Shown here: positions 36,620 to 46,843 of the stretch, one piece after another
Layout of the letters: each line of letters starts with the position of its first letter
How positions within the stretch are numbered: position 1 is the stretch's first letter
Assembly: GCA_964494895.1 (NCBI GenBank)
Contig: CAZBTV010000006.1
Span: 12,043 to 76,042 of the forward strand
From: an uncultured Steroidobacteraceae bacterium
Lineage (GTDB): Bacteria > Pseudomonadota > Gammaproteobacteria > Steroidobacterales > Steroidobacteraceae
Length of the DNA: 64,000 bases
Reading direction: 5' to 3'
Notes under the pieces: model-generated
Told to the model about the DNA's origin: nothing
Database searches by the model: none
The model's input: only the letters and a program-made list of their open reading frames with translations
Translations under genes and position numbers: made by a program

Positions 36620-38985
36620 GCGTCCTTGATGCGTTGATCCTTGGTTTTGTTGGGCTGATCCTTGGAGGCGCTCTTTACGGGCGCCCCCTCATGTTGTGCC
36701 TCCGCGATCAGAGCGCTGCAATTGGCGTCCTTCGCCAGACCCGGATCGATAAAGGCAAGCACGGAAGCAAGCGGAGTCGCGAGCACTCCCAAAGCCGTGG
36801 CGAGCGCCACCTCACCGGGTGTATTTCCTGGCTTCAGGCCCACTTTGGGTTTCGATAGCGTCCCACCCAGCTGTACGGGCGACTTGATGCGGAAGATGCG
36901 GAATTTCTTCGGCTGCCCCGTCAATGTCAGGTCGATCACTTCGGGGCCGAGGTCGATCTCTCCTTTACCGAGGATGAGGATCTTGTCCGTGTCGAACACG
37001 ATGTCCTGAGCGGCCAGCACCCCACCTTCGGCCTTGAAGTTGGCTACGCCACAGCGGATTCCGGTCTTGTCCTTGTTGCTCGTCAACAGTAACCCTAGCG
37101 CCCGCGCCGCGTCGATGCCCAATCCCTCCGCGAATGCCGAGCGAATGTCCCCGTGAGGGATCACGATGCTGAGTGTCCCCGCAACGGTGGAGGCGACCTC
37201 GTGCACGGATTTCCCACGACCGTGCAGAATGGCGCGGCCCACGAGCGTGCCATCGACAGGCTCGTCGCCATTCTTCAACTTGAACTGCGATAGCTGCACA
37301 TGTGTCAGGCGCGCGTCGATCGCGACTTCCGGAACATCCTTCGAAGCATCCAACTTGATGTCGGTTGTCAGCTTGCCTTCCGGCAGCACGAACGAGAGGG
37401 GTACGAATGTCAGGACGCCGTCCTGGAGCTTCAAATCGAGCACGATCTCACGGATGGACATCTTTTGTGTCTTGACCGACTCGGCGCGGTATCTGACGTC
37501 GGCGTCCATGGCCCGAATGCGCTTGAGATCCAACTTCGCATCCGGCAGGAGCGTTTGCCCCTTGGCCGCCTCGACGTCCGCCTGACGCGCTTCGGCGGTC
37601 CGGGTCTCGGCACTCTTGGGCTTGGCACCATACAAGTGCAGAGTGCTGCCCCCCGCCTTCGAGGTAGTGGTCTTGGCCGCCTTGGGCGCGGCGGCGCGTG
37701 CTTTCGCGGAAGACTCCTCCGCGCTTTCCGAATGCTCCGCCGGGGAGCCACGGTTCTGTCCAGGCTCGGCCTGCTTGCGGCTCAAGGACGACGGCGTGGT
37801 CTTGGTCCGCGCACCCAACGTCGGCGCCAGGTCTTTGATATCCAGCTCGCGCGTCGCGAGGTCGGCCTTCAGCAACGGCTTCTGTCTCGAGGTGTCGATC
37901 GACACGCTACCGTGGATGTCGCTGCTGCCGAGGGTTCCCTTGAAGTCGGTGACCTTCAGGAGCGCCCCCTCACGCTGCATGTGGCCCGACACCGTGTAAG
38001 GAGCCGAGTTGGGCAACGCCAAGCCGCTGAGGTAGTAGAGGTCGGCAAAATCGTCACCGGAAGCGGATATGTCCGCTACAACGGAGCCGAGATCGAACGG
38101 TTTGGTGATCGTGATACGGCTGTGCACCTTCGTCTTGCCCGCCTCGATGTCGGAAGTGACGGTGTAGGGCTTGTGGCTTTCGGCCGTGATGAGCGGGTCG
38201 CTATGCGCCAGGAGTTTGAAGGATTCGCCATTGATGTCGCCGTCCCCGTCCAGGCTCAAAGACTGCGCGCCACCGTGCGGCCCCTGGTCAGCCGAGGCCG
38301 TACCGGCGAAATGGAGCTTTCGGATCGAGTCCGATACGACCAGGTGGCCCTTCCCCAGATGCAGTCGGCGCAATAGAGGAAGCTTCGTCGGCTGTGTCGA
38401 CGGCTTGGGCGGAGCGCCGGGGTTGAATTCCCAGTTGACCCGGTCCCGGGCGTCGCGCACCACGTTGATGTCGCTATCGTCGATGCCGAGGTAGGTCAGC
38501 AGCAGATCGCCTTTGAACAGCGCGGGAATGGAAAGCGCAAGCTGCAACTCGCCGATGCGCGCCATGTCGGGTACCTGACCCGCGCCCGATGAGGAAGGAG
38601 CTTGCGTGGCTGACGCGCTGGCTTGGGTGCCTGACACGCCTTTCGAGGCAGCTTTCGCGCCTCGGGCGGGCGTCTCCGCCGCTTTTGCAGCGAATTCCAG
38701 ATCCCTGGCCGTGACCCAGTCCGGGTTCGCTATTCGCAACTGGCGCACGACCGCATGCGGCTGCCACGAGAACAGGTGCAGCTCGAGGCGGCCGATATGA
38801 ACCGGCCTGTGCAGGCGGGCCGAGGCTGCACGCTCGATAGGACCGCGTAGCGCATCCGCGTTCAAGTCCAACACAACGGCGGCTATCAACAGGAGCACGA
38901 CGAGGGCGCCGATGATGCCGCCGACCCATTTCAACACGGTGAGCGCGCGTGTTGACGCTGGAGCTGCAGGTTGTGATGAAGCCAT
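36586..38985 (-). CDS. AsmA-family outer-membrane biogenesis protein
   Basis: N-terminal anchor GGIIGALVVLLLIAAVVLDL followed by ADALRGPIERAAS..L.RPVHIGRLELHLFS. A long beta-rich body with a low-complexity Ala/Lys/Ser segment. The C-terminus overlaps the fpr 3' end by 34 nt (convergent). Confidence 0.8.
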   Translation of the reverse strand: MASSQPAAPASTRALTVLKWVGGIIGALVVLLLIAAVVLDLNADALRGPIERAASARLHRPVHIGRLELHLFSWQPHAVVRQLRIANPDWVTARDLEFAAKAAETPARGAKAASKGVSGTQASASATQAPSSSGAGQVPDMARIGELQLALSIPALFKGDLLLTYLGIDDSDINVVRDARDRVNWEFNPGAPPKPSTQPTKLPLLRRLHLGKGHLVVSDSIRKLHFAGTASADQGPHGGAQSLSLDGDGDINGESFKLLAHSDPLITAESHKPYTVTSDIEAGKTKVHSRITITKPFDLGSVVADISASGDDFADLYYLSGLALPNSAPYTVSGHMQREGALLKVTDFKGTLGSSDIHGSVSIDTSRQKPLLKADLATRELDIKDLAPTLGARTKTTPSSLSRKQAEPGQNRGSPAEHSESAEESSAKARAAAPKAAKTTTSKAGGSTLHLYGAKPKSAETRTAEARQADVEAAKGQTLLPDAKLDLKRIRAMDADVRYRAESVKTQKMSIREIVLDLKLQDGVLTFVPLSFVLPEGKLTTDIKLDASKDVPEVAIDARLTHVQLSQFKLKNGDEPVDGTLVGRAILHGRGKSVHEVASTVAGTLSIVIPHGDIRSAFAEGLGIDAARALGLLLTSNKDKTGIRCGVANFKAEGGVLAAQDIVFDTDKILILGKGEIDLGPEVIDLTLTGQPKKFRIFRIKSPVQLGGTLSKPKVGLKPGNTPGEVALATALGVLATPLASVLAFIDPGLAKDANCSALIAEAQHEGAPVKSASKDQPNKTKDQRIKDAQRSTKARSMT

Positions 38986-39151
38986 GAGCGTTAAACGCTC
39001 GAGGCGAAAGTTAGTTCAGGTTGGTTCGAAACCTCGTTCCTGGAGGCTGCTGTATCCGCCGCCCGACGTCTTTTTGGCGAGACAATGTCAATCCCAGAGG
39101 CGCCGTGGCTGAATAGCCTACGGCGAAGATGCTGAACGAGGAGGTGTTCGA

Positions 39152-39430
39152 ATGCTGATACTCACGCGCCGGCCCAACGAGGCGATACGGCTCGGCTCCC
39201 GCATCCGCATTACGGTGCTAGGGTTCAAAGGTAATCAGGTCCGCATCGGGATCGAGGCGCCCCCCGAGGTCACCATCGACCGCGAGGAAGTTTGGGAACG
39301 TAAACAGCAGGAGGTGCGCGCCGGACGTAAAGGCGGGCAGGCTGCCCCACAAATCGCGACTGCGCTGCCCGAGGCGAGGCCGGCGGATGGATCAATGCCC
39401 TCCCTGCACCAGAAGTCCCGCATCCCGTAG
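39152..39430 (+). CDS. csrA: carbon storage regulator CsrA/RsmA with extended C-terminal tail (92 aa)
   Basis: GAGGAGG RBS. MLILTRRPNEAIRLGSRIRITVLGFKGNQVRIGIEAPPEVTIDREEV is the canonical CsrA core, followed by a roughly 35-aa tail. Confidence 0.9.
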   Translation: MLILTRRPNEAIRLGSRIRITVLGFKGNQVRIGIEAPPEVTIDREEVWERKQQEVRAGRKGGQAAPQIATALPEARPADGSMPSLHQKSRIP

Positions 39431-39988
39431 TGCTTCGGCAAGCTCGACTTCGATGCGTGCAGCTACCGGCCGCGCGACCTGCTGTAGATGCAGGACCGGG
39501 CCCGTGAGCACCTCCAGGCCGCGCTTGAGGACACTTCCGGAAGCTCGAATGCCAGCTTTGTGCTGGTCAAACCGTTCCGCGGGCGAATAGCTACTCATGC
39601 CGACATAGACGCCGTAGGGACCGCCGTGGCGGTCCTGGTAGTCCAATACAACCAGGTAAAGGTTGGAGCGCCCGCGGCGCTCGGCCCGAAACCGGCCCGC
39701 CACCTCATAGGCAGTCGGCAGCCATTCGATATAACGCATCGGCAACCATTCGGGGATCGTCTTTGCGGCCCGTTCCCAGAGCTTCTCCAGGGCGACTTCG
39801 ATGTGCGTGGCGAACTCACCTCTCATCCACAGCTCATGAACGCAATGCGCGCCCAACGGCCCGTCCCCGCTCCTCAGTGCCGCTTGGAAGCGCTCCACCA
39901 CCTCTGCCCGCCCGAGCGCACGCAGAGGGCGGCCGGCGGGTGGAACCGTCATATCGAAATGAGCGGAAAGTTCTGGAGGCGGGGGCAC
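39392..39988 (-). CDS. hypothetical protein with C-terminal GIY-YIG-like motif set
   Basis: aa 108-190 (nt 39419-39667): NLYLVVLDYQDRHGGPYGVYVGMSSYSPAERFDQHKAG...ARIEVELAEAL. This reproduces the GIY..(10-14)..YxG..R..H....E spacing, compare UvrC GVYRMYD....VIYVGKAKDLKKRLSSY. The N-terminal 105 aa are unassigned. The start may be 39988 or 39952. Confidence 0.5.
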   Translation of the reverse strand: MPPPPELSAHFDMTVPPAGRPLRALGRAEVVERFQAALRSGDGPLGAHCVHELWMRGEFATHIEVALEKLWERAAKTIPEWLPMRYIEWLPTAYEVAGRFRAERRGRSNLYLVVLDYQDRHGGPYGVYVGMSSYSPAERFDQHKAGIRASGSVLKRGLEVLTGPVLHLQQVARPVAARIEVELAEALRDAGLLVQGGH

Positions 39989-40074
39989 ATCTGAAATAAT
40001 AGGGGCTCAGGATACCTCACCGGTGAGCTGTGGTTCCTCGACGGTTCACGGACTTATGGGATTATCTGGAAGAT

Positions 40075-41010
40075 ATGCGCCTGCCTTCGACCAAGACCCT
40101 GCGCGCCTTTCAGCTGGCCGCGCGATCCGGTAGCTTCAAGACCGCCGCAAGCCAATTGTTTCTGACCCCGTCGGCCGTTAGCCACCAGATCCGTGCGCTG
40201 GAGGAGGAGCTCGGGGTCGTCCTGTTTCATCGGGGCGCCCGCACGCTCGCGTTGACGGATGCCGGCGCCGCATACCTGGAGGAGATCGAGTATCTCTTCG
40301 AGCGCCTGGACGCGGCGACCCGGGAGCTGCGCGCCAGGGCGGGCCGCAGCACTTTGCGCTTACGGGTCGCTTCGTTCTTCGCCAACGAATTTCTCCTGCC
40401 GCGCCTGGCGGCACTCCATGCGGCGCAGCCTGAGATCGACCTGGAAATCGATACGGACGGCACCGGTACGGATGTCCACCCCGCCGATGCGGATATCTCG
40501 ATCGTACTAGGCTCAGGTAACTGGAACGATCTTCAGGCACACCGGCTGTTTTCCCAGGCGTACGTTCCCGCGTGCTCGCCCGCCCTGCTCGCGCGCACCC
40601 CCATCACCTCCATCGAGCAGCTCGACGGACAGACGCTGTTGGTATTCGAGGCTCGCAAGGATGGCTGGGAGCGATGGGCCGAGTCGGCCGGCATGCGCAT
40701 GCCCCGCCCCCGCAAGCGGATCGCCTTCAACAACATGTCGTCGTTGGTGCGCGCGACGGAGCGCTCGGCGGGAATCGGCCTGATCCCGGCGCCCTTGAGC
40801 GCGGAGCGATTCCGCGCGAAGTCATTGAGCCGTCTGTTCGACCATGAGTGGGAAACGGAAGACAGCTACTTTCTGGTGCATCGTCTCGAGGTAGCGGTGC
40901 GCCCGGAGATCATAGCCTTCCGCAAGTGGCTCCTGGCCGAGCTGCATGCGTTCGATGAGCTGCACACGGTCATGAGCACAAGGCAGCCTGAGCTGTCGGC
41001 CGTCGACTGA
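40075..41010 (+). CDS. LysR-family transcriptional regulator (GcvA-like)
   Basis: ATG 40075. MRLPSTKTLRAFQLAARSGSFKTAASQLFLTPSAVSHQIRALEEELG. Confidence 0.88.
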   Translation: MRLPSTKTLRAFQLAARSGSFKTAASQLFLTPSAVSHQIRALEEELGVVLFHRGARTLALTDAGAAYLEEIEYLFERLDAATRELRARAGRSTLRLRVASFFANEFLLPRLAALHAAQPEIDLEIDTDGTGTDVHPADADISIVLGSGNWNDLQAHRLFSQAYVPACSPALLARTPITSIEQLDGQTLLVFEARKDGWERWAESAGMRMPRPRKRIAFNNMSSLVRATERSAGIGLIPAPLSAERFRAKSLSRLFDHEWETEDSYFLVHRLEVAVRPEIIAFRKWLLAELHAFDELHTVMSTRQPELSAVD

Positions 41011-41019
41011 AGATTCGGC

Positions 41020-42291
41020 TCAGCGGACACCCGGCGTGACCGGATGCGCGCGCCGCAGCTCAGTGAGCGAAGCAACTCGGGCCGAAATCAGCCATATGAC
41101 GCCGCTGAGCACGACAGCCAGGGGAACGATCATGACCGCCCTCCCGAGTGAGGACCTGTCGGACAGCCACCCTATCAAGGTCGGTGACGGGACGTCACCC
41201 AACAAATGGATCATGAACATGCTGAGCGCGACCGCGGACGCGCGCTCAGCCGGCGAGACCAGGTTGATGATGGCGGAGTTGACGGGTCCGGTGGACATGA
41301 ACAACAACAGCTCCGCGGCGACGATGGCAGGATAATAGGCGGACGGCGAGCCGGCTGTCAGGGCGATGAGCGCGAACGGCGCCGCAAGCAACGTGACCCA
41401 TCCCGACATCCAGAGATAGGCTTGCCGGGAAACCCTCAGCCAGTAGTCACCGAGCCAGCCGCCGACGAAGGTCCCCACGAATCCGGTGACCACCACAATG
41501 GCGCCAAAGCTCGTCGTAGCCTTGACGGCTGGGATGTGGCGCACACGCTCCAGAAAGTTGGGCATCCATACCGCAAGGCCTCCCAAGGCAAACGTATAGG
41601 CCGCATAGCCCAATACCACCAGCATGTACGGGGTGCGCTGCAAGAGGCTCAAGTAGCGCGAAACCGCGTTGGCGGGAGGCCCTCCCGGCGACTCGGCTCC
41701 CCCCTCTTCCTCGTCAGCTTGCGAGCCGCGGGGCGGGTCCGGTAGGCGTAGCACGAGCAGCGCCAACAACACGCCCGGCGCGCCGGCAACGAAGAACGCC
41801 TGGCGCCAACCATAGTGGTGGCTCATCAAGCCACCGACAATGTAGCCCAGGGCAGCTCCCACAGGGATCGCCATGTTGAAGACGGCGAGCACACGGCCGC
41901 GCTGCGCGCGGGGAAAACAGTCGGAAAGCAGTGCCGGCGCGATCGCAATGTAGGCCGCCTCGCCAATGCCGACCAGCGAACGCGCGCTCAGGAGGTGTGT
42001 GTAGGTGCCCGCGAATCCCGATACAAGCGTCGCTATGCTCCAGATGAAAACACCCGCCGCGATTGGACGGGTGCGAGAGCCACGATCTCCGAGAGCCCCG
42101 AATATCGGCGCGGCCACCGTATAGACGATCATGAAAGCGGTCGTCAGCAGGCCGATCTGGCTATCAGACAACCCGAGCGGCGGGGCTTTCAGGTCCGGGA
42201 CAATGCCGGAGACAACGTACCTGTCGACGTAGTTCAGCAGGTTGATGAGCGTGAGAATGCTCAGCGCGAGCACGGGCGAACGGGCGGCCAC
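41020..42291 (-). CDS. MFS transporter (Spinster-like subfamily)
   Basis: 12-TM-like profile. LNYVDRYVVSGIVPDLK...LGLSDSQIGLLTTAFMIVYTVAAPIFGALGDR. Confidence 0.8.
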   Translation of the reverse strand: MAARSPVLALSILTLINLLNYVDRYVVSGIVPDLKAPPLGLSDSQIGLLTTAFMIVYTVAAPIFGALGDRGSRTRPIAAGVFIWSIATLVSGFAGTYTHLLSARSLVGIGEAAYIAIAPALLSDCFPRAQRGRVLAVFNMAIPVGAALGYIVGGLMSHHYGWRQAFFVAGAPGVLLALLVLRLPDPPRGSQADEEEGGAESPGGPPANAVSRYLSLLQRTPYMLVVLGYAAYTFALGGLAVWMPNFLERVRHIPAVKATTSFGAIVVVTGFVGTFVGGWLGDYWLRVSRQAYLWMSGWVTLLAAPFALIALTAGSPSAYYPAIVAAELLLFMSTGPVNSAIINLVSPAERASAVALSMFMIHLLGDVPSPTLIGWLSDRSSLGRAVMIVPLAVVLSGVIWLISARVASLTELRRAHPVTPGVR

Positions 42292-42298
42292 GTTACCT

Positions 42299-43126
42299 TC
42301 AGGAGCGCCAGCCCGGAGGTGTTTCAGCCGGATCGCGCCCGAGTGGACTCAGCTTCAGGCGCTCGAGATACTGCCTGACGGACTCGCGGCAGCCTTCACT
42401 GCTGGTGACGGTGGTCCCGCCGGCAAGCACGAAGATGAAATCTCCCCGAGGCGTGCGGCTGATTTCCCGGACGTGGTTCATGTTCACGAGACAGGACCGG
42501 CTGATGCGTAGCAACGGTTGAGACTGTAGTGATTTCTCCGCCTGCTGCAAAGTGCTGCGTGCATGGAAGCTCTCACGCCCGACACCCAGTCTCACGTAAT
42601 TGCGCTCCGACTCGACCAGCTCCACCTGACCTACGTCCAGCATGTGCATGCGGCTGCCCGCCTCCGCAAGGATCCGCGGACGCAAGTCCGACAGTGCGCG
42701 GGCGCTGCGCTCAATTTGCGCTAATACGGAGCTGAGGGTTACGGACCGCTCGGCACCGCTTTCGGCCTCACGTCTGCGCCTTACGCGCGCGATCGTCTTG
42801 CGAAAGCGGTCATCATCGAAAGGCTTCAGGAGATAATCCACCGCGCTCACCTCGAATGCTTCGAGCGCGTAGTGGTGATAGGCCGTGACGAAGACGATCT
42901 GCGGCAGAGTGTCGGGATCCAGTGAGCGTGCCAGCACGACGCCATTCTGAGAATCAATCTGGATGTCGAGAAACAGCAGGTGCGGCGGTCGAGCACGAAT
43001 AGCCTCGAGTGCCGAGCGCGCATCGCCATACTCTCCAACGACACGCAAATCCGGTTCTCGCGCGCAACACTCCCGCAGCGTACGGCGCGCGGCAGGCTCG
43101 TCATCGACAATCATGACATCCATCAT
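42299..43126 (-). CDS. LytR/AlgR-family response regulator (REC + LytTR)
   Basis: VMIVDDEPAARRTL...HLLFLDIQI...DYLLKPF. The C-terminal LytTR region contains FHARSTLQQAEKSL....LLRISRSCLVNMNHV. Confidence 0.88.
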   Translation of the reverse strand: MMDVMIVDDEPAARRTLRECCAREPDLRVVGEYGDARSALEAIRARPPHLLFLDIQIDSQNGVVLARSLDPDTLPQIVFVTAYHHYALEAFEVSAVDYLLKPFDDDRFRKTIARVRRRREAESGAERSVTLSSVLAQIERSARALSDLRPRILAEAGSRMHMLDVGQVELVESERNYVRLGVGRESFHARSTLQQAEKSLQSQPLLRISRSCLVNMNHVREISRTPRGDFIFVLAGGTTVTSSEGCRESVRQYLERLKLSPLGRDPAETPPGWRS

Positions 43127-43149
43127 GCGAGCACACCTGTTCTAATGTG

Positions 43150-44340
43150 TCAGATGCCCGCCCTGGCAGTCATCTCGCTCTCCGCCGGCCGCATCACGGG
43201 CGAACTTTCGCCCGACGAGGCTTCGACGGGTACGACAGGTCCGTCTCGCAGCAACGGCAATCGTACCTCCGCGATCCATACGTTGTCATAGCCGGGCATC
43301 GCGCTGAAGGAGGCGCGGTCGCCGAACTGAATCGCCAGGCGCTCACGCACGTTGCGCAAGCCGATCCCCACCCGTCCTGCGAGTTTACCCGCAGCAACCG
43401 TGTTTACCACCCTGAGGGACAACATCTCGTCGTGGACGACGGCCTCGACCCGCACCATCACCGGACCGTCGTGTCCGGAAAGGCCGTGCACGACCGCGTT
43501 CTCCACCAAAGGCTGCAGGATCAGGCTCGGGACCCAGGCGGCAACGATCCCGTTCGGCTCAGGCACGCGAATGCTCAAGCGATCGGCGAAGCGGCGTTGT
43601 TGCAGGCCCAGGTACGATCGCACGAATTGCAACTCCTCCTCCAGGCGTGAGAAATCACGCTCACCGGCGGTCAGAAGGCGGCGCAGGAGGTCACCCAGTT
43701 GCACGACCATCGACTGGGCCGCCGCGGGATCCCAGGAAATCTGGCCGCGTATCGTGTGCAGGAGATTGAACAGGGTGTGCGGCGACAACTGCATTCTCAG
43801 CGCGGCCAGATGCGCGGCACTCAGCTCCCGTTCCAGAGCGCTCGAGCGTAACTGCGCATCGCGCAGGCGCTGGTAGAAGGCGAAGCCCATGACGAGCGTG
43901 AGCGCGAAGCCGTAGGTCAGGAAAAATGTCGTGGCGCTCGCGAGCCACATCGGACCGTCCGACGGGTCCCACCAGTTCTCACCCTTCATCATGTGCTTCT
44001 GCAGTGTGGCGGCATCGCTGGAAAGGTACTCGCCGATCCCAAGCGCCGGCTTGCCCAACACCGCGAAGAAAAACGCCAGCGAGAGTTGCACCGGAAGCTT
44101 CCGCCATACCGAGTGCCAGCCGATACGCGACGACAGCCAGACGCAGCCCAGCAACACCGGATAGAGAAAGAGATGTTGGAGCAGGCGGGCGCACGCAGGG
44201 GCGAACACATGGAATTTGCCGGGCATGGTGTCCAGGCTCGCCTGCATGCTGTTCGCGTACAGCACGTTCGACAGCGCGACGTACACCCAGAATACCGTCA
44301 GGATCAGGAAATTCTGGCGCACGCCTGGACTGGCGAACAT
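43150..44340 (-). CDS. LytS/YehU-type sensor histidine kinase (His_kinase PF06580-like + HATPase)
   Basis: AHLAALRMQLSPHTLFNLLHTIRGQI, then VPSLILQPLVENAVVHG...GIGLRNVRERL. Several N-terminal TM helices. The start is uncertain: I chose ATG 44340 (MFASPGVRQNF). The track ORF extends to 44781 through an Arg-rich, low-complexity 147 aa. Confidence 0.75.
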   Translation of the reverse strand: MFASPGVRQNFLILTVFWVYVALSNVLYANSMQASLDTMPGKFHVFAPACARLLQHLFLYPVLLGCVWLSSRIGWHSVWRKLPVQLSLAFFFAVLGKPALGIGEYLSSDAATLQKHMMKGENWWDPSDGPMWLASATTFFLTYGFALTLVMGFAFYQRLRDAQLRSSALERELSAAHLAALRMQLSPHTLFNLLHTIRGQISWDPAAAQSMVVQLGDLLRRLLTAGERDFSRLEEELQFVRSYLGLQQRRFADRLSIRVPEPNGIVAAWVPSLILQPLVENAVVHGLSGHDGPVMVRVEAVVHDEMLSLRVVNTVAAGKLAGRVGIGLRNVRERLAIQFGDRASFSAMPGYDNVWIAEVRLPLLRDGPVVPVEASSGESSPVMRPAESEMTARAGI

Positions 44341-44808
44341 GCGCCACAGGGCGAAACGGGCGCGACTACGCAACGGGCGTTGTGGGGCGATTGAGCCGGC
44401 TCCGCCCGCTCTGAGCTCATTGGGTGACAACGCATTCACCGGATCTCTCCTGATAAGGGGACTCGCCAGCTGCGCACTGCGCCGCGCCACCGGCGCCAAA
44501 ACCTGTCCGTATCGTACGCCAACGCGCCCGGATTGTTGCGCCCGCGCCGGATTCAGGGACGAAACCGTCGCCAGCAGGGATGAGGCCGTGGACGGCGGAG
44601 AGCGGCCTGCGCGGATAGCCGCTGTGGCGCAGGTCCCGCGTGGGACAACGCCTTGCCGGCGGCTACCCGTCGCGGTACGACCCCGTCGGGACCGGGGATC
44701 AGCTCGATGGCAGGCAGCTACCCGCACGCGCCGCGAAGGAGTCTCATACGCATCGCCAGCGGGATGGTGGCTGTTTAACATCCAACCCGAATCGATCAGG
44801 AGAGCTCC

Positions 44809-45159
44809 ATGACCTCACAAACATCAAACTCAACACGCATGACACCGGCCCGGATCGCCATATCGGCCGCCTTCGTGTTGGCCAGCTCACTGGGTATTGC
44901 CAACGCCGCACCGCCGGCCGACAACGTGCGCAGCGCAGTGGTGTCCTACGGTGACCTCAACATCAGATCCGCCGAAGGCGCGCAAGCGCTCTATCGCAGG
45001 ATCGCGGCCGCCGCGCGCCAGGTTTGTCCGTTGCCGGATCCCAGGGACCTGGTGCGGGCCGGCTCCGTGCACGCATGTCGGGAAGCCGCGATCGCACGAG
45101 CGGTTCGCGACATCAACAATCCCCCGCTTGCTGCTCTGCAGGCAGGGCCTCATGGGTGA
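44809..45159 (+). CDS. UrcA-family secreted protein
   Basis: Signal peptide, then VVSYGDLNIRSAEGAQALYRRIAAAARQVCP......C...AIARAVRDI, which is the UrcA pattern. Confidence 0.7.
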   Translation: MTSQTSNSTRMTPARIAISAAFVLASSLGIANAAPPADNVRSAVVSYGDLNIRSAEGAQALYRRIAAAARQVCPLPDPRDLVRAGSVHACREAAIARAVRDINNPPLAALQAGPHG

Positions 45160-45307
45160 GCTGTGTCGTAGGAGTTCCTGTTCCCGGAAAAGGCACCTCG
45201 CGGGTGCCCCGGCGGAACGATGACACACGGAAAGCGCGAGTTCGGCCCTCGCAATTCATGCGATCCTTGTATGGATGCGAAACACTCGTTCGAGAGATCT
45301 ATGCCTG

Positions 45308-46660
45308 ATGATGGGTCTGGTGCTGTTCTCCTGTGCGGTCCGGTCGCCGAGGGCCACGGCGGCCGATCCGCAGCTGCCAGAACCGGCCAGCCGTTGGCCA
45401 ATGTTGCTGGGTGTGCAGTACACCTACGTTCTGCAACATCAGGACGCTTTGGACGCACCCTATAGCGGACGGCTGAGCCTCAATCCGGCAGGCGACACGC
45501 AACCCACGCACACCATCGGTGGCTACCTGGGCTGGGCGCCTCTGGATTGGGCGCAGCTCTACTTCGACACCGAGAAATTCATGGGAGCGGGCGTCAGCGG
45601 CGCAACCGGCCTGGCGGGCTTGACCAACGGGGATGTCGTGCGCGAGGGCGCGAACAACCTGCCGAAAACGTTTTACATAGCCCGTCTGTTCGCGCGATTC
45701 ATGCTTCCTCTGGGACAGGAGGTCACTCGAGTCGAGCGGGCACAGGACCAGATTCCCGGCACGGAGGCCACGCGACGACTCGAATTGAAGATCGGCCGCA
45801 TGGCCGTAAGCGACGATTTCGATCGGAACCGGTACGCCGGATCCACGCGTACCCAGTTCATGAACTGGTCGCTGTGGGCGAACACTGCATGGGATTACGC
45901 GGCCAACACCCGCGGATACACCGATGGTGTGATGATCGCTTACATCAGTCCCGCGTGGGCGTTGAGATATGGTGTGTATCGCATGCCCGAGCATGCCAAC
46001 GGGCAAACCCTGGTGGGCTCCCTGGCCAACGCGCGCGGGGAGAATCTCGAGCTCACGCTTTCGCCGTGGCCGACCGGCACTATCGTCAGGGCACTTGTGT
46101 ATCGCAATACGGCGGCCATGGGCCTCTATGAGCAGGCGCTGGCCACCGCGGCGGCCACTGGCACGGTACCCTCCATCGTTGCGGATGATCGCCCTGGGCG
46201 GCATAAGACAGGCTTCGGCCTGAACGCCGAGCAGCCCCTTGCCGACGATGGCGAGACCGGAGTGTTCGCGCGGTTGGGTTGGAATGACGGCAAGTCGGAG
46301 AGTTTCGCATTCACGGAAGTCGACGACGAATTCAGCGTCGGCGCACAGGTATCCGGTGCTCATTGGCGGCGTACCGACGACCGGTTGGGTATTGCCGTGG
46401 CATCGCAAGGGCTGTCGGCTCCGCATCGTGAATATCTCGCTGCCGGCGGCTCGGGCTTCCTGCTCGATGACGGCCGGCTGCACTACGGGCGCGAATTCAT
46501 TCTGGAAACCCAGTATCGCGTGCAGTGGGCGCCGTCCATCGCACACACCTCCTTGAGATTGCAGCTGACCCCCGATTTCCAGCTCATCCGCAACCCTGGC
46601 TACAACCAGGATCGCGGCCCGGCGCGCTTCTGGGGAATCCGGCTGCACCTCGAATACTAA
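45308..46660 (+). CDS. OprB-family carbohydrate-selective porin (tentative)
   Basis: Alternating beta-strand pattern and a C-terminal aromatic-rich end ...FWGIRLHLEY. GAGVSGATGLAGLTNGD resembles OprB-type porins. The signal peptide is weak, so the start is uncertain. Confidence 0.6.
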   Translation: MMGLVLFSCAVRSPRATAADPQLPEPASRWPMLLGVQYTYVLQHQDALDAPYSGRLSLNPAGDTQPTHTIGGYLGWAPLDWAQLYFDTEKFMGAGVSGATGLAGLTNGDVVREGANNLPKTFYIARLFARFMLPLGQEVTRVERAQDQIPGTEATRRLELKIGRMAVSDDFDRNRYAGSTRTQFMNWSLWANTAWDYAANTRGYTDGVMIAYISPAWALRYGVYRMPEHANGQTLVGSLANARGENLELTLSPWPTGTIVRALVYRNTAAMGLYEQALATAAATGTVPSIVADDRPGRHKTGFGLNAEQPLADDGETGVFARLGWNDGKSESFAFTEVDDEFSVGAQVSGAHWRRTDDRLGIAVASQGLSAPHREYLAAGGSGFLLDDGRLHYGREFILETQYRVQWAPSIAHTSLRLQLTPDFQLIRNPGYNQDRGPARFWGIRLHLEY

Positions 46661-46843
46661 CCATGACGCTACCGCAGCCATGACCGCTCCTTAGCGCTGG
46701 GCCCGCAACCGACACACAGGCGCCCTGCCTTGTTCGCGTGATGGAACACCCCCGACGGATGTCGCAGGCCAAAGTTCCCGGAACTGGCTGCGGCACACCG
46801 CCTTTCGCTAGACTCAGCTTGGCTTTTTGACCGGAGACCTGGA

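Noticed and set aside
39018-39034. tRNA T-arm-like AGGTT-GGTTCGA-AACCT upstream of csrA.
   Set aside because: No acceptor, D or anticodon arms can be built around it, and the loop is not the canonical TTCRANN register.
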